Shown piece after piece: positions 9,863-18,516 of a stretch of 30,375 bases of DNA. Both the position numbers and the translations under genes were made by a program. The DNA lies in the NCBI GenBank assembly GCA_964465465.1, contig CAYXJW010000006.1, forward strand, positions 1 to 30,375, written 5' to 3'. The number at the start of each line of letters is the position of its first letter. The stretch's first letter is position 1. Source of the DNA: an uncultured Caldisericales bacterium. Its GTDB lineage: Bacteria > Caldisericota > Caldisericia > Caldisericales > Caldisericaceae. The notes under the pieces were generated by a model. That model saw only the letters and a list, made by a program, of their open reading frames with translations. It was not told the origin of the DNA and did not search any database.

Positions 9863-10395
9863 GATTATTTATCGCTCTCAAAACAAATCTCGATAAAGGA
9901 AAAATATTCTCGTACGAAAAAAGTTTGATGCACACTGTTTCTGGTGTGAAGTGGGTAGAGAAGGAAAATTTGCACCTTACGTTGAAATTTTTGGGTGAGA
10001 CATCAATGGAAACAAAAGAAGATGTTTCATTTTATCTTTCTAAAATAGCAGAGACAACTTCTCATTTTAGTTTTCAATATTCAGGAATAGATGCTTTTCC
10101 TGATATTCGCCGTGCAAGAGTTATATTTGTGAGTGTTCGTAATGGTAAAAAAATAGTTTCTCTTATGGAAAGGGTTGATGATCTGTTCGGACCACTTGGA
10201 TTTAAAAAAGAAAAAAGTTATATACCTCATCTTACTCTTGGGCGCGTAAAGAATGGATATGTTGATTTAAAGCGGTTTAATCTCCCTCAGTTTAAAAGTG
10301 AAGATGTTGAAGCAACAGGAATTTTGCTTGTAAAAAGCACTTTAACAAAAAATGGGCCTATCTATCAACATATTGCAGAATTTGATTTCGGTTAG
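9859..10395 (+). CDS. thpR: RNA 2',3'-cyclic phosphodiesterase / 2'-5' RNA ligase (2H phosphoesterase, LigT/ThpR)
   Basis: Two H-x-T-x motifs (HLTLKFLG and HLTLGRV) in a 178-aa protein. ATGA overlap with the rimO stop. Confidence 0.78.
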   Translation: MRLFIALKTNLDKGKIFSYEKSLMHTVSGVKWVEKENLHLTLKFLGETSMETKEDVSFYLSKIAETTSHFSFQYSGIDAFPDIRRARVIFVSVRNGKKIVSLMERVDDLFGPLGFKKEKSYIPHLTLGRVKNGYVDLKRFNLPQFKSEDVEATGILLVKSTLTKNGPIYQHIAEFDFG

Positions 10396-10410
10396 AAATT
10401 AACTATAATA
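10383..10410 (+). promoter_or_regulatory. Candidate recA promoter: TTGATT(10383-10388), 16-nt spacer, TATAAT(10405-10410)
   Basis: Consensus -10 and a good -35 read directly. They sit in the only sizeable gap (52 nt) of the plus-strand array, about 38 nt upstream of the recA ATG. The -35 lies within the 3' end of thpR. Confidence 0.4.
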
Positions 10411-10447
10411 AAAGTGAGATAAAATAATTTAAAGAGAGGTATTCATT

Positions 10448-11470
10448 ATGGTGGATAAAGATAAAATAAATAAGGAAAATGCATTGAAACTTGCAATGGC
10501 TCAGGTTGAAAAGGAATTTGGCAAGGGTTCCGTAATGCGTCTTGGAGATAAGAAATCCCACCTTTCCGTTGAGGTAATACCTACGGGTATATTATCCCTT
10601 GATATTGCGCTCGGAGCGGGAGGATTTCCGCGCGGGAGAATTATAGAGATATATGGCCCGGAAGGAACTGGAAAAACAACACTTGCACTTGAAGCGGTGG
10701 CAAATGCCCAGAGGAATGGTGGAAAAGCACTCTTTGTTGATGTGGAACATGCATTTTCTCCCGAATATGCAGCAAGCCTTGGAGTTAACATAGATGATCT
10801 TATTATATCCCAGCCTGACTATGCAGAGCAGGCACTTGAAATTATTGATACATTTGTGCGTTCTGGGGCTGTTGACATCGTTGTTTTAGATTCTGTTGCT
10901 GCACTTGTTCCAAAAGCAGAACTTGAAGGGGATATGGGAGATTCCTTTATGGGTGTTCAGGCGAGGCTTATGTCTCAGGCGCTGAGGAAACTCACGGGTT
11001 CCATAAGTAAATCAAAAACGTGTGTGATTTTTATCAACCAGTTAAGAGAGAAAATAGGCATTGTTTTTGGAAACCCGGAGGTTACACCCGGTGGGCGAGC
11101 GCTGAAATTTTACTCTTCTGTGCGGCTCGATATAAGGCGTGTGGAAAGTATCAAAGATCACGGAACTGTTATAGGAAACAGGTTGAGAATTAAAATAGTG
11201 AAAAATAAAATTGCTCCTCCATACAGAGAGGCAATTGTTGATCTTATTTTTGGGAAAGGTGTTTCCAAAGATGCAGATCTGTTTGACATTGCCGTAAGGG
11301 AAGGCATTGTGAAAAAATCTGGCTCTTACTACTCTTATGGTGATGTAAAATTGGGCCAGGGAAGAGACAATGCAATTGCTTTCCTTACCGGGCATCCCGA
11401 CCTTTTTGAAAAGGTGAGGAAAGAAGTGAATGAGAAATTCTTCCCGAAGGAACAAAAAGAAGAAAAATAG
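10448..11470 (+). CDS. recA: Recombinase RecA
   Basis: Walker [10 protein letters not shown]. Signature [14 protein letters not shown]. 340 aa. SD AGAGAGG upstream. Confidence 0.95.
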   Translation: MVDKDKINKENALKLAMAQVEKEFGKGSVMRLGDKKSHLSVEVIPTGILSLDIALGAGGFPRGRIIEIYGPEGTGKTTLALEAVANAQRNGGKALFVDVEHAFSPEYAASLGVNIDDLIISQPDYAEQALEIIDTFVRSGAVDIVVLDSVAALVPKAELEGDMGDSFMGVQARLMSQALRKLTGSISKSKTCVIFINQLREKIGIVFGNPEVTPGGRALKFYSSVRLDIRRVESIKDHGTVIGNRLRIKIVKNKIAPPYREAIVDLIFGKGVSKDADLFDIAVREGIVKKSGSYYSYGDVKLGQGRDNAIAFLTGHPDLFEKVRKEVNEKFFPKEQKEEK

Positions 11471-11885
11471 TGTTTCCTCTTTTAATTATGCATTAAGACT
11501 TCTTTCGAGAAGGGATTACTCGATATATGAACTCAAAGAAAAATTAAAGAAGAAATACGATGAAAAAGAGATTGAAGATACAATTGAAAAATTGCTGGAG
11601 CGGGAACTCCTTAATGATATGCGGTACGCTGAAAGAATTATTCGTAAATATGCTTTTATTAAAAAATACGGTTATTTGAAAGTTTTAGATGAACTTTCAA
11701 AGAGAGGCTTGAAACAGAATGCGGTTCGAGAATTGCTCGATTCGTTATATTCGGAAGACAAAGAGAAGGGGAATGCCTTTTCTTTAATCTCCAAAAGGCC
11801 TCCTGATAAAATCGGCAATTATCTTTTAAGTAAAGGTTATAGGTCGCATATTGTTAGGGAAGTCCTCGCTGAACTGAAACAATAG
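11430..11885 (+). CDS. recX: Recombination regulator RecX
   Basis: 151-aa basic protein with the RecX-like core [19 protein letters not shown], directly after recA. The start as called overlaps recA by 41 nt, and no alternative in-frame start was seen. Confidence 0.72.
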   Translation: MRNSSRRNKKKKNSVSSFNYALRLLSRRDYSIYELKEKLKKKYDEKEIEDTIEKLLERELLNDMRYAERIIRKYAFIKKYGYLKVLDELSKRGLKQNAVRELLDSLYSEDKEKGNAFSLISKRPPDKIGNYLLSKGYRSHIVREVLAELKQ

Positions 11886-11898
11886 GAGGTGAGGATTT

Positions 11899-13455
11899 AT
11901 GCGGAATATGCAGATACCGTACTTTTTATATCTGGTAATAAGTATTGCTATGCTTGCAATAGGTTTTGTTCTTGGTTTTATATTTCAGGGATACATATAC
12001 AGAACCAAGATAGGATCAATAGATGAATATGCTAAGCGGAGAAAAGAAGAAGCAGAAAAAGAAATAGAAGCCGAACGTAGAGAAATGCGTATCCAGATGA
12101 AAGAAGAAATGGAACGCAGACAGGCGGAACTTCAAAATAGAATAAAGGAAGAACAGAGGCAGATTCAGGAAATTGAATCCCGGCTTTTACGAAAAGAAGA
12201 ACTTGCAGAGCGTAAGGTAAATGCTGCTGAGCATAAAGAAAAGGAACTTCTCAAACGTGAGCAGGAGATAGAGCATTTAAGAAAACTTGCCGAAGAAAAA
12301 CTTAGAGAAATTGAAGAAGAATTTTACAAAGTAGCCGGGCTTACACAGGAAGAAGCAAAAAAGGTTGTGCTTGACAATATGGAAAAAGAACTTCAACTTG
12401 AATACTCGAAACGGTTAAAAGAAATGGAGGAAGAACTTCAAACGAATGTTCAGGAAAAGGCAAAAGTAATTTTATCAGAGGCAATGGAACGATGTGCCAC
12501 AGACTATGTTTCAGAAACAACAGTGTCAGTTGTGCCGTTGCCATCTGAGGATTTGAAGGGAAGGATCATTGGACGTGAAGGAAGAAATATAAGGACGTTT
12601 GAAACACTCACTGGAGTGGATATTCTTGTAGACGATACACCTGAGGCAGTTACACTTTCCTGCTTTGATCCGATAAGAAGAGAAGTTGCAAAACATGCCC
12701 TGGAGCATCTTATTATTGATGGAAGGATTCACCCTGCTCGTATTGAGGATTTTGTTCAGGAAGCAGAAGAAGAAGTTGAACAGATGATTTTGAAGGAAGC
12801 AGATGAAGCACTTCTCTCAGTTTCAGTTCATGGAGTGCCGCTTGAAATTAAGAAACTCATAGGAAAAATGAAATTCAGAACGAGTTTTGGACAGAATTTA
12901 TTGCAACATTCAATAGAATCTGCCACAATAGCGGGTATTATTGCCTCTGAACTTGGTGAAAATGTTACGCTTGCGAAGAGAGCAGCATTTTTACATGATA
13001 TAGGTAAGGTGATGGGAAGTGAAATTGAGGGACCACATGCTCTTGTCGGTGCTGACCTTTTAAAGAGATATGGAGAAAATCCACTTGTAGTTCATGCTGT
13101 TGCTGCACACCACAACGAAGTAAAGCCTGAGACAACACTTGATGTAATAGTTCAAATTGCGGATACTCTTTCTGCAACGAGACCTGGGGCAAGAAGGGAA
13201 AACCTTGAGATGTACATAAAACGCCTTGAAGAGATAGAAAGGATTGCTATGTCTGTTCCGGGAATTAAAAAGGCTTTTGTTGTTCAGGCAGGAAGAGAAG
13301 TAAGAATTATGGTTAATCCTTCAGAAGTGGACGAACAACTCGCTTCAAAAATATCTCATGATGTTGCAAAAAAAATCGAGGAGGAGGTTGTGTACCCAGG
13401 CATAATAAAGGTAACGGTTGTAAGAGAGACCCGTTACACAGATTATGCAAAATAG
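11899..13455 (+). CDS. rny: Ribonuclease Y (N-terminal TM segment, coiled coil, KH and HD domains)
   Basis: N-terminal TM segment (YFLYLVISIAMLAIGFVLGFIF). Long Glu/Lys coiled coil. KH motif (GRIIGREGRNIR). HD motif (FLHDIGK...HH). 518 aa. SD GGAGGTG. Confidence 0.9.
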   Translation: MRNMQIPYFLYLVISIAMLAIGFVLGFIFQGYIYRTKIGSIDEYAKRRKEEAEKEIEAERREMRIQMKEEMERRQAELQNRIKEEQRQIQEIESRLLRKEELAERKVNAAEHKEKELLKREQEIEHLRKLAEEKLREIEEEFYKVAGLTQEEAKKVVLDNMEKELQLEYSKRLKEMEEELQTNVQEKAKVILSEAMERCATDYVSETTVSVVPLPSEDLKGRIIGREGRNIRTFETLTGVDILVDDTPEAVTLSCFDPIRREVAKHALEHLIIDGRIHPARIEDFVQEAEEEVEQMILKEADEALLSVSVHGVPLEIKKLIGKMKFRTSFGQNLLQHSIESATIAGIIASELGENVTLAKRAAFLHDIGKVMGSEIEGPHALVGADLLKRYGENPLVVHAVAAHHNEVKPETTLDVIVQIADTLSATRPGARRENLEMYIKRLEEIERIAMSVPGIKKAFVVQAGREVRIMVNPSEVDEQLASKISHDVAKKIEEEVVYPGIIKVTVVRETRYTDYAK

Positions 13456-15091
13456 TGTAAAATTTCCAGACGAGATAAACTTGCTTCCCCTTCTTCCTGG
13501 TGTCTATATGATGCAGGGAGAGAAAGGGGAAGTTTTGTATATAGGAAAAGCAAAATCTCTGAGGAAACGTGTTTCATCGTATGTTAAACCAAGAGATATC
13601 AAAACGCACGCACTTTCTGAAAAAATAAAAACTGTAAAATTTGTTGTGACAAATTCAGAGGAAGAAGCGCTCTTACTTGAAAATAATCTCATAAAAAAGC
13701 ATCGCCCAAAGTATAATATAAGACTTGTTGATGACGAAAACTATCCTTACATTAAAATTACAGATGATAAGTTTCCACGTCTTTTGAAGGTTTACAGGAT
13801 TAATGGAAAGAACGGAGAATACTTTGGTCCATTTCCGCATGGTAAAGCAATTGATATGACAATAAAAGCGATAAGAAAGATATTTCCTGTGAGAACATGT
13901 AATGTAAAAATAAAACGAGAAAGAATAATTGAACCATGCCTCTTGTATCATCTTGGTTTGTGTGTTGCCCCATGTGCGGGTAAGGTCTCTGAGAAAGAAT
14001 ATTTGAAAATAGTTAATGGTTTAAAGGATTTTCTTAAAGGCAATTCTGAAAAGGTCCTTTCGGAACTTTACAGAAATATGGAATATGCAAAGAGAAATTT
14101 AGAATTTGAAAAAGCGGCGATATACAGGGATCAGATAAAGGGGATACTATCCGTTATGGAAAAGCAGCGTGTTATTGCAGATAAAAGGGTTTCTTTTGAT
14201 ATTTTTGCGACTGCAAGGAAAAGGAATTATGCAGTTGTAGTAAAAATTGGTGTTAGGGAGGGAAAGGTTGTTTCTTCTTATCCATTTGTGTTGAAAGTTC
14301 CGTCTGGGAGTGAGCCGTCAAAGATTATAGAGGAATTTTTGTTTCAAAATCCATTTCACGGTAATTTTAGTAAGATTTATGTTGAAGAAAAAAGTGCAAA
14401 CGTTAAGGATCTTGAAAACTTTCTCTCACAACATTTTCATACAGACATTAAGATATCTGTTCCTCGCGGAAAAATTCAGAAGAGTATTCTGGCAATGGCA
14501 AAAGAAAACGCTCGCATAAATCTGGAAAACTATCTTGAAAAAAGAAAAATGTTAAAGGAAAAAACTCTTTTGGAAGAAGTCCAGAAAGTACTTAACCTTA
14601 AAAGGCTTCCAGTCAGGATAGAAGGATATGACATTTCAAATATCTCAGGTAAGGATTCAGTAGGCTCGATGGTCGTTTTCACAAATAGTAAACCAGACAA
14701 GAAACAGTACAGAATTTTTAAAATAAAATATACAGAAGGACCTAACGATTTTGCAATGTTAAAAGAGGTTCTTTATAGACGTTTTAAGAGGAAAGGAGAT
14801 AAACTTTTTTCTGAAAGAATGCCTGACCTTCTTCTTATTGATGGCGGTAAAGGACAACTTGATTCTGCAATAAGAATTAAAAGGTTATTAGACGTAGATG
14901 TCGAAATTGCCTCACTTGCAAAAAAAGAAGAACTCATTTTTACGGAATATTCCGATGAACCAATAAAACTCTCTAAGCGATCTAATGTATTGAAACTTTT
15001 ACAGAGGATTAGAGATGAATCTCACCGTTTTGCAAAGAAACATTTTACGAAATTGCACGGTTCTGTTATACTTGATAAAAACAGGAGTTGA
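13445..15091 (+). CDS. uvrC: Excinuclease ABC subunit C (GIY-YIG, UVR and RNase H-like endonuclease domains; apparently lacks the C-terminal HhH2 domain)
   Basis: GIY-YIG N-terminus (PGVYMM...VLYIGKAKSLRKR). UVR-like motif (LEFEKAAIYRDQIKGI). Endonuclease motifs (IEGYDISN, RDESHRFA). The ORF ends 19 aa after the RDESHRFA motif. Overlaps rny by 11 nt. Confidence 0.85.
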   Translation: MQNSVKFPDEINLLPLLPGVYMMQGEKGEVLYIGKAKSLRKRVSSYVKPRDIKTHALSEKIKTVKFVVTNSEEEALLLENNLIKKHRPKYNIRLVDDENYPYIKITDDKFPRLLKVYRINGKNGEYFGPFPHGKAIDMTIKAIRKIFPVRTCNVKIKRERIIEPCLLYHLGLCVAPCAGKVSEKEYLKIVNGLKDFLKGNSEKVLSELYRNMEYAKRNLEFEKAAIYRDQIKGILSVMEKQRVIADKRVSFDIFATARKRNYAVVVKIGVREGKVVSSYPFVLKVPSGSEPSKIIEEFLFQNPFHGNFSKIYVEEKSANVKDLENFLSQHFHTDIKISVPRGKIQKSILAMAKENARINLENYLEKRKMLKEKTLLEEVQKVLNLKRLPVRIEGYDISNISGKDSVGSMVVFTNSKPDKKQYRIFKIKYTEGPNDFAMLKEVLYRRFKRKGDKLFSERMPDLLLIDGGKGQLDSAIRIKRLLDVDVEIASLAKKEELIFTEYSDEPIKLSKRSNVLKLLQRIRDESHRFAKKHFTKLHGSVILDKNRS

Positions 15092-15097
15092 TGATTA

Positions 15098-15454
15098 ATG
15101 AGAGTGTTGGGTTCGTGGATGGTTAATATTGTTTCATTCTTTCTTGTCAGCAGAATATTGCACGGTTTCAAGTTTGACAGTTTGTGGAGTCTCGTTCTTG
15201 CTGGGATTTTGCTTGGAATATGCAACGCAATTGTAAAGCCTGTTTTGATATTTGTTTCTCTTCCAATAGATATTATTACGCTTGGGATTTTTCTGTTCGT
15301 TGTAAACGGGCTTGTTCTTGAAATTGTAGCAGCGTTTGATTTTGGTTTTAAGATTTCTTCTTTCTGGGATGCAATGATTGGTGCAATACTTCTTTCCCTG
15401 ATAAGTTCGTTTATCAGTTGGATTTTGTTTCCTCCGCGCAGGAAGGCTTCATAG
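15098..15454 (+). CDS. DUF360 / phage-holin-4 superfamily small membrane protein (YvlD-like)
   Basis: 118 aa, predicted four TM segments, with the conserved GILLGICNAIVKPVLIFVSLP...TLGIFLFVVNGLVL pattern typical of DUF360. It abuts uvrC (6-nt gap) and hflX (0-nt gap). Confidence 0.6.
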   Translation: MRVLGSWMVNIVSFFLVSRILHGFKFDSLWSLVLAGILLGICNAIVKPVLIFVSLPIDIITLGIFLFVVNGLVLEIVAAFDFGFKISSFWDAMIGAILLSLISSFISWILFPPRRKAS

Positions 15455-16708
15455 GTGGAAGGGGAAAAGAGAAAAGCAATTTCCGTTGAGGTTATAAAAT
15501 CTGGCGTTAGAGAGATTTCTGACGACTCTTTTGAAGAGTTTAAACTCCTTATTGAAACACTTGGGATAGAAATAGTTGGAGAAGCAACCCAGGTTGTAAG
15601 GACACCGAATTATGCTTATTTCCTGGGTAAGGGTAAAGTTAATGAACTCAGGCAAATTGTAAAACTTCTGAATGCGGATTTAGTGTTTATTGATACAAAA
15701 CTCACTTATTTACAGTTGCGGAATCTCACAAAGGAAGTAGGTGTCCCGGTGATTGATAGGCCTCATTTAATTCTTATGATTTTTTCAATGCGTGCAAGAA
15801 CAAAAGAAGCAAAGTTGCAAGTAGAACTTTCTCAACTCAAAATGCACCTTCCAGAGATTGTTCATAGTGGAATGTATCTTGATCAGCAAACTGGTTCTGA
15901 GATCGGCCTTAAAGGGCCGGGAGAGAAGCGGACAGAACTAAAAAGAAGATATATTGAAAAAAGGATAAATACTCTTGAAAAGAAATTAAAAGAAATTGCA
16001 AAACAGCGTGAACTCAGGAGGAAGAAACGGAGAAAGAGTAAAATCCCTATCATTGCAATTGCCGGATATACAAATAGCGGAAAATCTACTCTTCTTAACA
16101 AACTTACTAAGCCTGACGCATACGTTGAGAATATGCTTTTTTCCACATTAGATACACTTGTAAGGGAAGGGGAACTTTCCGAAAATAAAAAAGTTCTTTT
16201 TGTTGATACAATTGGATTTATAAGAGATTTACCACCGATGCTTATATACGCATTTCATTCAACTCTTGAAGAGATTCTTGATGCCTGGGTTATCCTTCAT
16301 GTTGTTGATGCATCTTCTCCAGATTTTTCTGGCAAAATTGAGTCTGTTATGAAAACACTAAACGAACTTGGGGCTTTTAATATTCCAAGAATTCTTGTGT
16401 TCAATAAGATTGATAAGATATCTGCTGAAAAATTTCTATTTCTAAAAAACAAATTTCCAGAAGCAGTTTTTATCTCTGCGCTTAAAGGTGAAGGTATTGA
16501 GGAACTGAAAAATAAAATCAGAAATAAAATTTCCTCCCTGTATGTTAAACTTACATTGCTTATTCCATACAGCAGACAGGATGTTGTTTCTGCCATCTAT
16601 GGAGTTGCAAATGTAATTTCTGTAAAAAACACGGAGCGGGGAACTGAGATTGTTGCGGAAGGTTTTAGAAATAGTATGTTCCAATTTAAGAAGTATGCAA
16701 TTCGTTAG
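15455..16708 (+). CDS. hflX: GTPase HflX
   Basis: N-terminal HflX domain. G1 motif GYTNSGKST. DTIGF and NKID motifs. 417 aa. Apparent GTG start directly abuts the stop of the preceding gene. Confidence 0.85.
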   Translation: MEGEKRKAISVEVIKSGVREISDDSFEEFKLLIETLGIEIVGEATQVVRTPNYAYFLGKGKVNELRQIVKLLNADLVFIDTKLTYLQLRNLTKEVGVPVIDRPHLILMIFSMRARTKEAKLQVELSQLKMHLPEIVHSGMYLDQQTGSEIGLKGPGEKRTELKRRYIEKRINTLEKKLKEIAKQRELRRKKRRKSKIPIIAIAGYTNSGKSTLLNKLTKPDAYVENMLFSTLDTLVREGELSENKKVLFVDTIGFIRDLPPMLIYAFHSTLEEILDAWVILHVVDASSPDFSGKIESVMKTLNELGAFNIPRILVFNKIDKISAEKFLFLKNKFPEAVFISALKGEGIEELKNKIRNKISSLYVKLTLLIPYSRQDVVSAIYGVANVISVKNTERGTEIVAEGFRNSMFQFKKYAIR

Positions 16709-16716
16709 TTTATTGT

Positions 16717-16744
16717 ATTGAAAAAGTTTTTTATATCGTTAAAA
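16717..16744 (+). promoter_or_regulatory. Possible promoter for cvpA-queA-tgt: TTGAAA(16717-16722), 16-nt spacer, TAAAAT(16739-16744)
   Basis: Hexamers read by eye in the 44-nt hflX-cvpA gap. The -10 sits only about 9 nt from the ATG, and no SD is visible, which would imply a near-leaderless transcript. Low confidence. Confidence 0.2.
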
Positions 16745-16752
16745 TTAGTTCT

Positions 16753-17469
16753 ATGAACAACATTAATTATGTGGATTTAATTGTTTTTATAATTCTCCTT
16801 ATCGAACTAATAAAAGGGGTAAGGGGTGGTATAATAGTACCGCTCTTTGATCTGGCTGGTCTTGTTTTTGGCTGGTTTGTTGCTGAATGGAATGCTTCCA
16901 AGTTTGCTCCAGTCCTTGATGGTTATTTGCATATAAAAGCGTATTTAACGCCAAAACTTTCGCAACTTTTTTCCATTCCGCAGTCCATTGCATCGCTTCC
17001 TGCAACTTCCCGGAATCTTAATATGGCTTTTTCTGCCATGCACCTTCCAGATTTTATTAAAAATTTTCTTCTTAAAAATGCTCAAACTGGCTCTTCGCTT
17101 ACCGTAAAGCAATTCATAGTGAATGGAGTTGCAAACAGTGTGCTTATAGGTATCACGTTTGTTTTAATATTTATTCTCATTGTTATAGTCTTTCGCATAA
17201 TAGGTGTACTGGTGAGAAAGGCATTTAGGGTAAGTCCATTTTTGAAGTGGGTTGATGCATTTTTTGGAGCTGTGTTCCGCGTTGTTATTGCTTTTGTTAT
17301 TCTTTTTGTTATTGCGGAGGTGCTTGTTGTTTCTGTTGGGTATTTGCACTTAGGGAATGCAAATATTGTTTCACAGATAGAAAACTCTGTGTTTTATCAT
17401 ACAGGCTCTGTTGTTGTTCCATTCTTAAAAACAAAAGTTATGGAGATAATTACACCGTTTCTGAAATGA
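16753..17469 (+). CDS. cvpA: CvpA family membrane protein (colicin V production protein-like)
   Basis: 238 aa. N-terminus MNNINYVDLIVFIILLIELIKGVRGGII...LAGLVFGWFVA matches the CvpA family pattern. Multiple TM segments. Confidence 0.65.
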   Translation: MNNINYVDLIVFIILLIELIKGVRGGIIVPLFDLAGLVFGWFVAEWNASKFAPVLDGYLHIKAYLTPKLSQLFSIPQSIASLPATSRNLNMAFSAMHLPDFIKNFLLKNAQTGSSLTVKQFIVNGVANSVLIGITFVLIFILIVIVFRIIGVLVRKAFRVSPFLKWVDAFFGAVFRVVIAFVILFVIAEVLVVSVGYLHLGNANIVSQIENSVFYHTGSVVVPFLKTKVMEIITPFLK

Positions 17470-18500
17470 GAATAGAGGAATTTGACTATGTTTTACCTGA
17501 AGGGCTGATTGCTCAGCACCCAATTTACCCGCGTGACCATGCACGTCTTATGGTTCTCCACCGTGATAATAAAGAGATCGAGCATCTCAAATTTTTTGAA
17601 ATAAAAAAATTCTTTAAAAAAGGAGATGTTCTTGTACTTAACAATACTAAGGTGATTAGAGCAAGGATCAAGGGAGTAAACCCAGAAACCGGTGGCAAGA
17701 GAGAAATCTTTCTCCTTCGGCAGGTAGGCGAATATGAATGGAAGGCACTTACCCGTCCGAATAAAAGGATTCACGTTGGCGATAAAATTTTTGTAAATAA
17801 AAATCCTGAGATTTATGCAGAGGTGGTTGAAAAAAATTTAGGTGGGGAAAATGTTGTTCGGTTTTTTTCTAAAAATGGTCTTTCAATGCGGAAAATTCTG
17901 GAAGCGATTGGAAATGTACCACTTCCCCCGTACATAAAAGGTAAACTCACGGATGAAAGTGAGTATCAGACAGTTTTTGCTGAAAAAGAAGGAGCAGTTG
18001 CGTCTCCCACTGCTGGACTTCATTTTACAAAGGAACTCCTATCAGAACTTGAGAGTTCTGGAGTAAAAATTGCTTATGTGACACTTCATGTAGGGCTTGG
18101 AACATTTAAGCCTGTAAAGGAAGAAATTATCGAGAAACACAAAATGCATGAAGAAGAATTTGAAGTTCCAGAAGAGACTGCAGAAATTGTAAATAATGCT
18201 AAAACTAAAGGTGGTAGGGTGTTTGCTTGTGGCACAACGGTTGTGCGAACACTTGAAACTGCATCTGCTCACAACGGTGTGCTAAAGCCATTAAGGGGAA
18301 AAACACGCCTATTTATAAAACCTGGATATCCATTTAAAATTACCGATGCCATTATTACAAATTTTCATTTTCCTAAAACTACACTTTTAATGCTTGTGTC
18401 TGCGTTTGCAGGAAAAGAATTTACATTAAGAGCATACAAAATTGCTGTAAAAGAGCATTACAGATTTTATAGTTTTGGTGATGCGATGCTCATAATTTGA
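17466..18500 (+). CDS. queA: S-adenosylmethionine:tRNA ribosyltransferase-isomerase
   Basis: 344 aa with N-terminus MRIEEFDYVLPEGLIAQHPI. ATGA overlap with cvpA. Adjacent to tgt. Confidence 0.92.
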   Translation: MRIEEFDYVLPEGLIAQHPIYPRDHARLMVLHRDNKEIEHLKFFEIKKFFKKGDVLVLNNTKVIRARIKGVNPETGGKREIFLLRQVGEYEWKALTRPNKRIHVGDKIFVNKNPEIYAEVVEKNLGGENVVRFFSKNGLSMRKILEAIGNVPLPPYIKGKLTDESEYQTVFAEKEGAVASPTAGLHFTKELLSELESSGVKIAYVTLHVGLGTFKPVKEEIIEKHKMHEEEFEVPEETAEIVNNAKTKGGRVFACGTTVVRTLETASAHNGVLKPLRGKTRLFIKPGYPFKITDAIITNFHFPKTTLLMLVSAFAGKEFTLRAYKIAVKEHYRFYSFGDAMLII

Positions 18501-18516
18501 AAAGTTGAGGTGAAAT

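Noticed and set aside
16709-16752. Possible preQ1 riboswitch upstream of queA/tgt, or a T-box upstream of serS
   Set aside because: queA overlaps cvpA with no leader. The cvpA leader is under 45 nt. The serS upstream gap is 18 nt. There is no space for such structured leaders.
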